Source: an uncultured virus (IMG/VR IMGVR_UViG_3300021378_001157)
Taxonomy: Duplodnaviria > Heunggongvirae > Uroviricota > Caudoviricetes
DNA: 64,000 nt
Strand: one strand, 5' to 3'
IMG/VR virus record: IMGVR_UViG_3300021378_001157
The notes under the pieces were generated by a model that saw nothing but the letters and a program-made list of their open reading frames with translations, was not told where the DNA came from and searched no databases. Below are positions 27,162-36,533 of the stretch, piece by piece. Within the stretch, counting starts at the first letter, position 1; the number at the start of each line of letters is the position of its first letter. Position numbers and translations under genes: made by a program.

Positions 27162-28426
27162 AGTTTTTCTCCTGGGACGAACCCTCTAAATGTTTTAAAT
27201 CTTGGGAATCTTAATGAATAAGTCCCATCTTGGTTTTGTGAAATAGAGTCTGCTCTAACTTCCACCAACTGGCCTAATACAGCATCTTGGTTTTTCCAAA
27301 TACTATCTCTAATCTTATCAGTTAAACCACCACCGACATTGACTTTAATATCAACACCTTCATCGTGGCCTTCACAAACTAGAGCACCTGTTGTTCCTTC
27401 GAATTTACCCTGTCCTTCTTCTATACTTTCTACCGATAGGGTTACTTCTATAAATGGCTTGATTTTAAACCAAGCATTACTTCTTTTACATTCGTATAAA
27501 CCATCTACTGGTTTAACCATAATTCCTTCATAACCATTTTCTATGGCCTCTTTATTAATCTGCATGAATACATCATATTCTTGTTCTAGGTTAATAAATT
27601 CATAATCAACTAATCTAATACAATCTGGTAATAGACCAAAGAGTGAATCTTCCATATTAAGTTTTCTATCGTAACAGCCGTCTATGGAAACTCCTGTATT
27701 GAATTCTTCTAAACTAATCATATCAAAGAGAGCTAGATAAGCATCTTCTGTTTGAGCTCCTTCTTTTCTATGTACTTGTTTCATAAGACTTGTAAAGTTA
27801 TCACTCATAATCTCACCATCGAATACCATTCCCTCAAATTCTGGTTGACTTAGGGCTTCTTCAATATGAGGGAAGTTGGAATATACTTTACCATTCCTAG
27901 AATAGATAGTGGCCTTTCCGTTATTTACTATAGTGATAGCTCTTACCCCATCATACTTGTACTCGATAAGACAATCACCTTTCATGTGTTTATTATTTTC
28001 ACCATTACTCGCCAACATACAATGAAATCTTGGAATCTCAAAGCCAATATCTTTACCCATCTTGTTAATAGTCTTTTCTGATACACCACATTTTAAATCT
28101 TTAAGAAGAATCCTACGATACCAATAGTTCCACTCATCCATGGTGGCTTTATTCATTGTCTCTTCTATTGAATCTTTAGCGGCATTACCTGTTAAACATC
28201 TATGTTGTAATGATAGTGCTAGTTTCCAAAAATCACTTGTCTCAAGCCCTTCACCATCCTTCTTAGAAATAGGTATCAATTTAACGCCGAATGTATCGAA
28301 GGGATTGAGAGCAAGTTTTACTCCGTCTTGGAATTCTTTATTGTCAATATGTTGGGAAACTACATCTTCCTTAAATAACCTTGAGTTATCTGTTTCTAGT
28401 TTTTGTATTACTTCCCAAGGTTTCAT
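27158..28426 (-). CDS. 30: ATP-dependent DNA ligase (gp30-like)
   Basis: EYKYDGVR, SRNG, FDGEI, EGIMVK, KRS..W.KIK, SLRFPRF. Confidence 0.93.
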   Translation of the reverse strand: MKPWEVIQKLETDNSRLFKEDVVSQHIDNKEFQDGVKLALNPFDTFGVKLIPISKKDGEGLETSDFWKLALSLQHRCLTGNAAKDSIEETMNKATMDEWNYWYRRILLKDLKCGVSEKTINKMGKDIGFEIPRFHCMLASNGENNKHMKGDCLIEYKYDGVRAITIVNNGKATIYSRNGKVYSNFPHIEEALSQPEFEGMVFDGEIMSDNFTSLMKQVHRKEGAQTEDAYLALFDMISLEEFNTGVSIDGCYDRKLNMEDSLFGLLPDCIRLVDYEFINLEQEYDVFMQINKEAIENGYEGIMVKPVDGLYECKRSNAWFKIKPFIEVTLSVESIEEGQGKFEGTTGALVCEGHDEGVDIKVNVGGGLTDKIRDSIWKNQDAVLGQLVEVRADSISQNQDGTYSLRFPRFKTFRGFVPGEKL

Positions 28427-28632
28427 GCTGACTCCATATATTTTTCTACTGGTTTTAATTCTATGAACTTTCTCCTAGACTTGGAGAATTGCTTCATAGG
28501 TGATTTGAATTGTTTGTACTCTTTACTGATAGTACTTCTAAAGCCAACTAGGTGGCCGTGTTCGTTAAGAATGTAGGTGTGATTAAGTGTATTATCTTCC
28601 CATTTAGTGATTTCTTTAAAAGCTCTTAACAT
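28423..28632 (-). CDS. hypothetical protein
   Basis: EITKW...NHTY...FSKSRRKF. Confidence 0.65.
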   Translation of the reverse strand: MLRAFKEITKWEDNTLNHTYILNEHGHLVGFRSTISKEYKQFKSPMKQFSKSRRKFIELKPVEKYMESA

Positions 28633-28782
28633 CTAAACTCCGTGGGTCATGTGTTCATAATTATCTGGACATAGTTCTAGTGAAGCGCCACAAGCACATG
28701 TCTCTTCTTCTTGGATTGATGGGGCACCTACTAAGTCCCTCATTTCTGACTCGGTCATTGGGAATAAGTCTAACTGTTTCAT
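28633..28782 (-). CDS. 49-aa early protein with N-terminal QLDLF and C-terminal Cys/His cluster
   Basis: Hand-translated MKQLDLFPMTESEMRDLVGAPSIQEEETCACGASLELCPDNYEHMTHGV; AAGGAG SD and its own promoter. Confidence 0.7.
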   Translation of the reverse strand: MKQLDLFPMTESEMRDLVGAPSIQEEETCACGASLELCPDNYEHMTHGV

Positions 28783-28806
28783 AATATATCTCCTTTTAAT
28801 AAGTTT

Positions 28807-28835
28807 ATTATACTACACTTTAGGTATAAAGTAAA
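28807..28835 (-). promoter_or_regulatory. early promoter
   Basis: TTTACT-N17-TATAAT. Confidence 0.8.
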
Positions 28836-28860
28836 GTGTTTTGTTGAATTAATTTGCACT

Positions 28861-29202
28861 TTATACAGCACCTGTCCATCTGATGGTGTAATCTTCGAAG
28901 ATGTTTCCTCTGGCAAAATTAGTAGCTGGAGCGGCCCATGATTTGGCCATTAAAATATCTCCTTCTTTAAAACCTTTAGTGGGTTTAGCTACTATGAATG
29001 AATGAGTTGAATGACCAGAACTAACTTTGATATAGTTTCTTCCAGCCTTATAAGATAGACTTTCACAAAAATCATCAAACATTTGGTCTTTGATTTTGGT
29101 ACAACCTTCTGTTCTATCTTGCCATCTGTGATAGTCAGCTTTAATCTTGGTGAGATAAGTACCTAGCTCTCTTACGTTCTGTTCGTGGAATTTGTTTTTC
29201 AT
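28861..29202 (-). CDS. conserved early hypothetical protein
   Basis: GDILMAKSWAAPATNFARGNI. Confidence 0.7.
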   Translation of the reverse strand: MKNKFHEQNVRELGTYLTKIKADYHRWQDRTEGCTKIKDQMFDDFCESLSYKAGRNYIKVSSGHSTHSFIVAKPTKGFKEGDILMAKSWAAPATNFARGNIFEDYTIRWTGAV

Positions 29203-29232
29203 ATTATGTCCTCTTAATTAATTTATACTACT

Positions 29233-29261
29233 ATTATACTACGCATAATCGTGCTTGTAAA
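29233..29261 (-). promoter_or_regulatory. early promoter
   Basis: TTTACA-N17-TATAAT. Confidence 0.8.
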
Positions 29262-29280
29262 GAGGTTTCTTAAACTTTTT

Positions 29281-29309
29281 TGTTACAATTGTGTTACATT
29301 CTTGTAACA
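29281..29309. repeat. three TGTWACA palindromic boxes at 11-bp period
   Basis: TGTTACA at 29281 and 29292; TGTAACA at 29303. Confidence 0.7.
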
Positions 29310-29323
29310 TTTAGTTATAAGAA

Positions 29324-29399
29324 TGGTGGAGCTGGAGGGAATCGAACCCCCGACCTTCTGGTTGCAAACCAGACGCTCTCCCTACTGCGCTACAGCCCC
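29324..29399 (-). tRNA. tRNA-Ala(UGC)
   Basis: GGGGCTG/CAGCTCC acceptor with G3.U70, anticodon stem TCTGG-TT-TGC-AA-CCAGA, TTCGA T-loop, encoded CCA. Confidence 0.95.
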
Positions 29400-29407
29400 A
29401 CGCTTCA

Positions 29408-30064
29408 TTATACTACATCGTCCACTGGGAAGATTTTATAGATTACATCACCAACTGCTTTGGCAATATCCATATGCTCTTTTTGAGTACCATTGGCACT
29501 TCTTAGTTCTATATAATGAATCCAAGAGCGAAGGGTTCCATTAACGTACATACGGGACATTGTTAATCCCTCGGGCAGTACGGCCCTGGCTTGTTCTTTG
29601 GCAATACCTGCCTCGATAGCCCAATTATAAGCTTGTCTAGTTCTTTCTATAATAACTTCTTGATAAGATTCCCATATATAATTGATGGACTCATCCAAGT
29701 TTTCAATAGAGTTCTGCCTATTCTTTTTATCTTGCAATCTAGCTTCTCTTGTAACGAAATTTAAATCCTCAGTTGGATCTGCATATCGCTGAGAGAATTC
29801 TTGGAAGGAGAATGACCTATGGCGAAGAATTTGTCTTGCAATGTCTCGTGGACAATTAATCTCAATACAAGCACTGACCATCTCTAATGGTGACCAATGT
29901 TTATGTTTAATTAAATACTTAACGAGTTTCTCGGAAGTTTCTTCATTGTTCTGATTACTAGGATTAGATACCCTAGCACAGTAAGCGACCATCTGCAAGA
30001 GGTCGGGATTTAACTCGACCTCCGCAGGTGGCTGCGAATATGATATAAGTTTCACGTCAAACAT
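29408..30064 (-). CDS. thyX: flavin-dependent thymidylate synthase
   Basis: H.SPLE, RHRSFSFQEFSQRY, EQARAVLP, TQKEH. Confidence 0.95.
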   Translation of the reverse strand: MFDVKLISYSQPPAEVELNPDLLQMVAYCARVSNPSNQNNEETSEKLVKYLIKHKHWSPLEMVSACIEINCPRDIARQILRHRSFSFQEFSQRYADPTEDLNFVTREARLQDKKNRQNSIENLDESINYIWESYQEVIIERTRQAYNWAIEAGIAKEQARAVLPEGLTMSRMYVNGTLRSWIHYIELRSANGTQKEHMDIAKAVGDVIYKIFPVDDVV

Positions 30065-30067
30065 ATT

Positions 30068-30256
30068 TTAGTCACTCTTTACCAGTGTGTAAATTCCCCA
30101 TCCAAGGCCTAGCCAAGCAAGTAACTTAGCAACACCACCGAATAAAATAACTGAACCACATAGTACAATTAGTCCGATACCATCTAATGAGGTTCTTTCT
30201 TTTAGTCTATCTAATGACCAGTCTTTTAGTTTAAGTAAGATATTCCTATTACCCAT
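30068..30256 (-). CDS. small two-TM membrane protein
   Basis: RLKERTSLDG followed by two hydrophobic segments. Confidence 0.65.
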   Translation of the reverse strand: MGNRNILLKLKDWSLDRLKERTSLDGIGLIVLCGSVILFGGVAKLLAWLGLGWGIYTLVKSD

Positions 30257-30265
30257 ATATTTCTC

Positions 30266-31657
30266 CTATATTTTAAATTCAGCAAACGTGTCTTTATTTT
30301 CTCTGTCACCCCACGTTGCAATTGGTTTATCTGGCACGACTTCTGTGACAAGGTCTTGTTGTGCACTTTCTTCTACATCAAATAATTTCATTCGGCTCCT
30401 ATCAATACCAACAACAAATCTTTTGTATTTGGTCGGATCATTATAACGATTTTTCAATTGTTTCACCATGAGTTGGCCTAATTCTTCTAGTTCCTCTGTT
30501 GATATAAGAGCGAACATAAGGTCAGCCGTAGCGGGTAGGCCGAATGATTCTGATGTGTCTTCAAGACCGACATCCGTATTACCAAATCCTGACCTGGTAG
30601 TTTGGGTTGCCGATACTATCGGAACATTAAACTCTACAGCAAGACCACGCAGTTCTTCTGCAATGGCTTTGATGTAAGAGTAACTATTTATACTTCCACC
30701 CAGCCCTTTCATACGACTAGATGAACAAATATTCAAGTAGTCAATGTATATCATATCTGGGTTAAAGTTCTTTTTCATTTTAAGCTCATTAAGTAGAGCC
30801 CTAAAGTGACCTGTATGAGCGGCACCTGTAGGATATTCTTTGATAATAAGTTTACCTATAGATGCTTGTGCAATCTTTTGTATTTTACTATCAAAGGTTG
30901 ATTTATTAATTCTTGCGAGTTGTTCTATTGGTAAGTCCATTAGATTAGCATCGATACGTTCTGCAATTCTTTCTTCAGCCATTTCCATAGTAATGTAAAG
31001 AACATTCTTGCCCTGTTGTAATACTGATGCAGCACAATGACACATAAAGAGGGACTTACCCACGCCCGTTCCGGCCAGAGCAATATTCAAGGTCTTATTG
31101 GGTAAGCCTCCCTTAGTAATCTTATTGAAGTAATCTAAATCAAATGGTGTTCTATCTTCTTTTGTGTTATAGAAATCAAATCTTTCTTCTGAATTATCAA
31201 TGTAATCATGGCCAATTGCTTGGTCGAATGATACACCGAGAGCATTCGAAAGTATTTCTGGTATTGCACCTTCTGATTGTTCGGCATCTTTACCATCTAT
31301 GATACCGATAGAATTCATAATAGCAAGATAGACTGCTCTATCTCTGCACCATTTCTCTGATTCTTTAATAAGATAATCTGTATCTATTTCTTCACTTTGC
31401 ACTAAGACTTTAACCAACTGAGATGCACTATTAAGTGTATCATCATGAGCACTTGTCTTTCTAAGTTCTAATTCTAATACACTTGCTGTTGGTAGTTTAT
31501 TATGTTTTCCAACGAATGCAGTTATTAGACCAAAGACAGTTCTGTGTTCACCCTCAAAATATTCGGGTTTGATATACGGAATAACTCTCCTGCAATAACT
31601 TTCGTTATTGAGTAGGTTGCTCAGTATGTGTGTCGGTAGTTGATGTTTTATGTCCAA
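30266..31657 (-). CDS. 41: replicative DnaB-like helicase gp41
   Basis: AGTGVGKS, TMEM, IKEYPT, IDYLN, SATQTTR, SESFGLPATAD, KNRY. Confidence 0.96.
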   Translation of the reverse strand: MDIKHQLPTHILSNLLNNESYCRRVIPYIKPEYFEGEHRTVFGLITAFVGKHNKLPTASVLELELRKTSAHDDTLNSASQLVKVLVQSEEIDTDYLIKESEKWCRDRAVYLAIMNSIGIIDGKDAEQSEGAIPEILSNALGVSFDQAIGHDYIDNSEERFDFYNTKEDRTPFDLDYFNKITKGGLPNKTLNIALAGTGVGKSLFMCHCAASVLQQGKNVLYITMEMAEERIAERIDANLMDLPIEQLARINKSTFDSKIQKIAQASIGKLIIKEYPTGAAHTGHFRALLNELKMKKNFNPDMIYIDYLNICSSSRMKGLGGSINSYSYIKAIAEELRGLAVEFNVPIVSATQTTRSGFGNTDVGLEDTSESFGLPATADLMFALISTEELEELGQLMVKQLKNRYNDPTKYKRFVVGIDRSRMKLFDVEESAQQDLVTEVVPDKPIATWGDRENKDTFAEFKI

Positions 31658-31961
31658 TCTGTGCCTCTTCTTTTTCTAGGGACTGTGATACAATATATTG
31701 TAAAATAGAGCCTAAGTAATCATTAAATTCTTCATCTTTTTCTAAAGCTTCTACATCATATTCATTAGGGTCTTGAATATTGTAGGTAAAGGAAATCGTT
31801 GCTGTATCTTCAACAGTATCTTCTTTAATAGATACCTTACCGAATACAAAAACAACATTTTTCCATTTACCTGTTTTTAATCTTATCCCATAGAAGTCCG
31901 ATAACTCTCCAGTTTCTTGTTCTACTAAAGTATAATCTTTATCTGTTATATTATACATCAA
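31605..31961 (-). CDS. hypothetical protein at the gp40 position
   Basis: Acidic 118 aa ORF between uvsX and 41; synteny only. Confidence 0.5.
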   Translation of the reverse strand: MMYNITDKDYTLVEQETGELSDFYGIRLKTGKWKNVVFVFGKVSIKEDTVEDTATISFTYNIQDPNEYDVEALEKDEEFNDYLGSILQYIVSQSLEKEEAQIGHKTSTTDTHTEQPTQ

Positions 31962-31962
31962 T

Positions 31963-33018
31963 TTACTCTTCCTGTAAAGTGGTTTCTAAATCAATTTCTA
32001 ATAAAGGTTTGTGGCCGATTTGATAATATGATTTAATAAATTTAGCAAAGTCCGTACCGGTTAAAATAGGTTCCCAGAATTCTTTAGTAAGAGTATCTTT
32101 CTGTCTTACCTTAGGTTGTACTATTTCACCTGTAGATTGGTCGACTCTAGCATACCAGCCCATAGTTGGCTTAACAACATAGTTACCTGCCAAGGCAATT
32201 TCTAGTAGCCCTGAGTATGGTTCTATTCCACCTTCCCATGATACTGATACTGGAATCTTTGATTTCTCTTTAACAAATCTTGACTTCTCTACATTAATAA
32301 TAAAATCATAACCAGTAACATCAGTACCAGTTTTATTTTGCCTACGGCCTAGAATCCAAATGTTATCAGCTGAGTAGTAAATACCAGTACCACCTGATAC
32401 GATAGCTTTAGGGAATAATCCAATCTCTTGATAAGTATGGTTAACTGCAAGTAGTGGCACATTTTTCATAGTAAGATATGGAGTAACCATTCTGAAAAGT
32501 CCTTTCAAAGCCTTAGCCCTGGACATATCAGCAACACCTTTTTCATTTAAGGCATCTTCTAGTTCTTTCTTAGATGCAAGGTTACCAATAGAATCAATTA
32601 CAATGATTACTTTATCACCACGGTCGATATTATCTAACTGACCTACTAAATCAAACTTGAGTTGTTCTACATCTGTAATTGGTGTATGTAATACTCTATC
32701 AGTATCAATACCAAATGCCTCGAAATACGACTGAGGTGAACCGAACTCGGAATCATAGAATAACATTACTGCATCATCATGTTCTTTCATGTATGCTCCA
32801 GCCATAAGTAAAGCAAAACTTGTCTTAAAGTGTTTACTTGGCCCGGCCAATACTGTTAATCCTGATGTAAGTCCACCATCAATATCACCCGATAAGGCAA
32901 CATTTACCATTGGCACTTCTGTGGGTACCATATCTTTTTCTGTAAAGAAAATCGATTTAGATAAGACTGATGTTGTCTTAATCTTCGAATTCTTTTTTAA
33001 TTTATCCATTACTGACAT
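31963..33018 (-). CDS. uvsX: RecA-like recombinase UvsX
   Basis: AGPSKHFKT, YDSEFG, IDSIGNLASKKE, NHTY, SGGTG. Confidence 0.96.
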   Translation of the reverse strand: MSVMDKLKKNSKIKTTSVLSKSIFFTEKDMVPTEVPMVNVALSGDIDGGLTSGLTVLAGPSKHFKTSFALLMAGAYMKEHDDAVMLFYDSEFGSPQSYFEAFGIDTDRVLHTPITDVEQLKFDLVGQLDNIDRGDKVIIVIDSIGNLASKKELEDALNEKGVADMSRAKALKGLFRMVTPYLTMKNVPLLAVNHTYQEIGLFPKAIVSGGTGIYYSADNIWILGRRQNKTGTDVTGYDFIINVEKSRFVKEKSKIPVSVSWEGGIEPYSGLLEIALAGNYVVKPTMGWYARVDQSTGEIVQPKVRQKDTLTKEFWEPILTGTDFAKFIKSYYQIGHKPLLEIDLETTLQEE

Positions 33019-33278
33019 TATCTTTTTCTCCTGCCGTGTTGCGTTTGTAATTCCATACGCTGTTGTTTTCTTGTACGTGCAATGGCCTCGGCCTTCTTAC
33101 GTTTCCTCTTTGCAGTAGGTTTCTCATAGAACTCCTTCCTGCGTACGTCCTGCAGAGTACCAGCCCTTTCAACTGCTTTTCTAAACTTTCTTAGAGCAAC
33201 GTCAAATGGCATTGGTTTCTGAGGTCTTTTATCCCTAGGATTTCTTGGTTTCCTAGGTGTTAAATCTATTGATGGCAT
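33018..33278 (-). CDS. rpsU: ribosomal protein bS21
   Basis: [36 protein letters not shown]. Confidence 0.9.
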   Translation of the reverse strand: MPSIDLTPRKPRNPRDKRPQKPMPFDVALRKFRKAVERAGTLQDVRRKEFYEKPTAKRKRKKAEAIARTRKQQRMELQTQHGRRKR

Positions 33279-33305
33279 ATCTTCTCCTGTTTAAATATTA
33301 AGTAT

Positions 33306-33334
33306 ATTATACTACAAATCACTCTGCTTGTAAA
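33306..33334 (-). promoter_or_regulatory. early promoter of rpsU-uvsX-41
   Basis: TTTACA-N17-TATAAT; the -35 lies inside the upstream CDS. Confidence 0.8.
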
Positions 33335-33741
33335 GTGTTTTCTTCAACTCTTTTGCGTAAATTTGAAGTTGAAAATCTGTGGTCTCTTTTATTAAAGTAA
33401 AAATCAATATCTCGCTGTTTACATAAATCTCTACCAGTAAAGTCTTTATCTCTATATTCTTCGCCCATTATCTTAACATCTATCTGATACATTGCTAAGA
33501 TATCTAATAGCTCTTCTTCTGTATTATATACTAGAATCTCATCAACGTACCTAATGGCGGCTAACTGCGCTTGGCGTTCGACAATATTCTGAATGGGTTT
33601 ATTTTTCTCTGGTCTATCCACTGACGGGTCATTTTGTAATGCACATATTAAATAATCACATGCAGTCTTTGCTTCTCTTAACATTGCAACATGACCACTA
33701 TGTAATAAGTCAAATGTGCTACAGGTAAATCCTACTCTCAT
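33319..33741 (-). CDS. cytidylyltransferase (TagD/RfaE-like)
   Basis: TFDLLHSGH, YVDE, RDHRFSTS. Confidence 0.88.
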   Translation of the reverse strand: MRVGFTCSTFDLLHSGHVAMLREAKTACDYLICALQNDPSVDRPEKNKPIQNIVERQAQLAAIRYVDEILVYNTEEELLDILAMYQIDVKIMGEEYRDKDFTGRDLCKQRDIDFYFNKRDHRFSTSNLRKRVEENTLQAE

Positions 33742-34160
33742 ATCTTCTCCAATTCTATTTCACACTTTTCTAAAAAGGGTCTTCCATAACCCACATTAGC
33801 TTTATAATCTTCTCTATAATATACTTTCTTAATACCTGATTGGTGTATTAGTTTAGCACAATGAATACATGGCATAGCAGTACAGAATATATCGGCACCT
33901 TCTGTAGACTCACTTGACCTTGCAACTTTTGCAATAGCATTAGCTTCTGCATGTAATACTTCTTCTTTAGTTCTTGTATTACCATTTATAAATGTTAGTT
34001 CACATTCATTATCCCATCCACTGGGCATTCCATTATATCCTATAGATATAATCCTATTATCCTTTACTATAATAGAACCTACTTGTTTTCTTTTAGCAGA
34101 ACTTAAAGCCGCAAATGTTTCTGCGACTTCCATAAATGCAGTCTTAAATTTATTTTTCAA
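33738..34160 (-). CDS. cd: dCMP deaminase
   Basis: GYNG, HAEANA, PCIHC; probable TTG start at LKNKF, start uncertain. Confidence 0.9.
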   Translation of the reverse strand: MKNKFKTAFMEVAETFAALSSAKRKQVGSIIVKDNRIISIGYNGMPSGWDNECELTFINGNTRTKEEVLHAEANAIAKVARSSESTEGADIFCTAMPCIHCAKLIHQSGIKKVYYREDYKANVGYGRPFLEKCEIELEKI

Positions 34161-34569
34161 CGTAAATAATACCTTGCTCATTGAGAGCTTTACGATTAGC
34201 CATATGATGGTTTTCTGTTTCTTCTTTGTTGCCACCATAGTATGGGACAGCATGATTGTTATTAATCATAGTTTGATTAACTGAAGTTTCTAATCCATCT
34301 ATAAAGAGTTCACCTAAAATTCTACCAAACTTGCCTTTGTCGTGTGATACTAGTTGGATTTTTTTATCTTTTAAGATACTTTCTAAGAAGTATTTAGATT
34401 GTTTACCATAAAACTTTTCTTCTAAATCTCTTGTTCGGGATTCTGGAGTATCAATGGCCATCATTCTAACTCTTTGTTTTCTTAGCATAGTGCTGAATCC
34501 TAAATCAATATCTACATCAACAGTATCTCCGTCAACTACTCTTGTTACATAAACTCGATATCTATACAT
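34150..34569 (-). CDS. thermonuclease (SNase-like)
   Basis: RVVDGDT, RVR..IDTPE, GKFGRILG. Confidence 0.88.
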   Translation of the reverse strand: MYRYRVYVTRVVDGDTVDVDIDLGFSTMLRKQRVRMMAIDTPESRTRDLEEKFYGKQSKYFLESILKDKKIQLVSHDKGKFGRILGELFIDGLETSVNQTMINNNHAVPYYGGNKEETENHHMANRKALNEQGIIYVEK

Positions 34570-34822
34570 TTAGTACCGCCCTGATGAATGACTCATCAAT
34601 GATAGCGCCGCCTTTACCTTCTACATCTACTGCCATAGCTTTATCCCATTGTAAGAATACTCTATCTCCCTTTGCCACATTCGTAACATCAGGGCCTACA
34701 GCCAAAACTAAGCCAGGTTTACTACCCTTGGTAATTGCTTCTGTTAATATAATACCACCTGATGTAGTATTTTCCTTTTCGGTTTCCGTAACTAATACAT
34801 TACGGCCAATCATTTTAATCAT
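34562..34822 (-). CDS. groES: co-chaperonin GroES-like
   Basis: TTSGGIIL mobile loop, VLAVGP, V..GDRV. Confidence 0.82.
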   Translation of the reverse strand: MIKMIGRNVLVTETEKENTTSGGIILTEAITKGSKPGLVLAVGPDVTNVAKGDRVFLQWDKAMAVDVEGKGGAIIDESFIRAVLNV

Positions 34823-34830
34823 TATATCTC

Positions 34831-35076
34831 CTAATATTTAAATGAACCCATATATTCTGGGCCTTTGGTTATAAATTCCATACCAGCTTTAGAGCCGACA
34901 TATTCATCGTGTTTTGAATTATATCTAAGATAGACTTCAATTTTTCCCTCTACCAATATCTTACATAAATCTTTTGGTTTAAAATGTGATACATCCACTT
35001 CCATTGTTCTACCATTATCGGTACATTTTACTTCACATATTGATTCGTAATGGTCTTGATATTCTTTCTTTTGCAT
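34831..35076 (-). CDS. hypothetical protein
   Basis: VKCTDNG...YVG..AGMEF. Confidence 0.65.
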   Translation of the reverse strand: MQKKEYQDHYESICEVKCTDNGRTMEVDVSHFKPKDLCKILVEGKIEVYLRYNSKHDEYVGSKAGMEFITKGPEYMGSFKY

Positions 35077-35085
35077 AATATAATC

Positions 35086-35592
35086 CTATTTATAAAAAAT
35101 GTGATTGTCAATAGTGACAACCCTAGTTAAATATGGAGCCCAATATGGTGACACAAAGTCTGCGTGATACCAAAGGGACCCATTTGTTATATCAGGATAT
35201 TGGCCTGATAGTACTAATTCTGCGATATATAATGATTCCATCCATGTTGTTGAATCTGTAGGTATGTCTGATTTACCATCGCAGTACCAACTGAATTGAC
35301 ATTGGTTTCTAATAGGAACCACATTGCCTTTCCAATTTTCTTTTAGTTTAGCTTGATATACTACATCACATATTTCAGTAGGAAATTGTACATCATTTGC
35401 TCTATTCATAACTACATTAGCCACTGCCACTCTACCAGCAAATGGTTGATTGGCTGATTCAAAGTATATGTTTTGAGCTAGACAATATCTATTTCCATTT
35501 TCATCTGATGCTAAGATATGTGGTGTTAATAATATTGCACATACTATTGCAGCAATCCATAGTGATATTTTTCCGTAATCTGGGTTATTCAT
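35086..35592 (-). CDS. cell wall hydrolase (SleB/Hydrolase_2)
   Basis: Signal/TM segment, CLAQNIYFES, V.NVVMNR, CQFSWYCDG, YHA..V.P.W, HIFY. Confidence 0.9.
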   Translation of the reverse strand: MNNPDYGKISLWIAAIVCAILLTPHILASDENGNRYCLAQNIYFESANQPFAGRVAVANVVMNRANDVQFPTEICDVVYQAKLKENWKGNVVPIRNQCQFSWYCDGKSDIPTDSTTWMESLYIAELVLSGQYPDITNGSLWYHADFVSPYWAPYLTRVVTIDNHIFYK

Positions 35593-36472
35593 TTGTTTCT
35601 CCATACCAATTGTGACGACCATTTATTATATTTTCTAAATAGTCTTTTAGGGAATTTTTACATTCCCACCCTAAATCAATTATCTTTGCAGTTTTAAGTT
35701 CGCCATTTAATCTATTACCTGCTTTCTCTGGTAGCATTTCTGGTTCTACATTAAGATAGGAAACTAAATTTAATATTGAATGTTGTTCAGGTGAACCAAT
35801 ACCATAGTTATCTCCACTTCCTTTAAATGCAGCAAGTAAGATACCCTCTACAATATCATCAACGTGTGTAAAGTTTCTTACTTGATTACCTGGTGATGTT
35901 ACTGGTAAAGTTGTTGCTCCATCTTGTACCATTTTAATAAACTTACCAACTACTGTTGCATATTGGCCTTCATTGATTTCGTTATCTCCATATACATTAT
36001 AGAAATAAACTATACTATAATCTAAGCCAAACCAGTCTGAATAGTTCTTTAGTAATTCAGTATTTTGTGCTTTGGTATATGCATAGGGACTAGCAGCTGA
36101 TGTATTATTTGCAAACTTAGTAGATGAACCAGAGTAGATTACTTTGGCATCTTGATGTTTTGCAAACTTTAGAAGTTCTGGGAAGTGTCTTAGATTATAA
36201 TCAATGACTTTATCAAAATCGTTAAATGATTGCTCTACTCTTGCATATTCTCCGAAATGGAATATGTAATCAAAGGTTTTTTCTTGATGTTGGAGAGCAC
36301 CAAATAAATCCATTGGTGTTCCGTAAAGATACCAACAGCCTTCGTGTCGGTTAGAATCTTTACTTGAATGTCCATTATCTATTGATACTACTTGATGGCC
36401 ATCGGTAAGTAATCTCTTAATTAGATTAGAACCAATAAATCCTTCTCCGCCGGTTACTAGTATTTTGCTCAT
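35585..36472 (-). CDS. NAD-dependent nucleotide-sugar epimerase/dehydratase
   Basis: VTGGEGFIG, SSS-like YSGSS, YxxxK (YAYTK), YFYNVYG, RNFTHV. Confidence 0.9.
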   Translation of the reverse strand: MSKILVTGGEGFIGSNLIKRLLTDGHQVVSIDNGHSSKDSNRHEGCWYLYGTPMDLFGALQHQEKTFDYIFHFGEYARVEQSFNDFDKVIDYNLRHFPELLKFAKHQDAKVIYSGSSTKFANNTSAASPYAYTKAQNTELLKNYSDWFGLDYSIVYFYNVYGDNEINEGQYATVVGKFIKMVQDGATTLPVTSPGNQVRNFTHVDDIVEGILLAAFKGSGDNYGIGSPEQHSILNLVSYLNVEPEMLPEKAGNRLNGELKTAKIIDLGWECKNSLKDYLENIINGRHNWYGETNE

Positions 36473-36496
36473 AGTGTTCTCTTGTTTAATATGTAT

Positions 36497-36525
36497 ATTA
36501 TACTACACTTCCACATAAAAGTAAA
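36497..36525 (-). promoter_or_regulatory. early promoter
   Basis: TTTACT-N17-TATAAT. Confidence 0.8.
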
Positions 36526-36533
36526 GTGTTTTG

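Noticed and set aside
29323..29544. Plus-strand ORF MVELEGIEPPTF...
   Set aside because: It is the reverse complement of tRNA-Ala plus the end of thyX, a classic spurious ORF.
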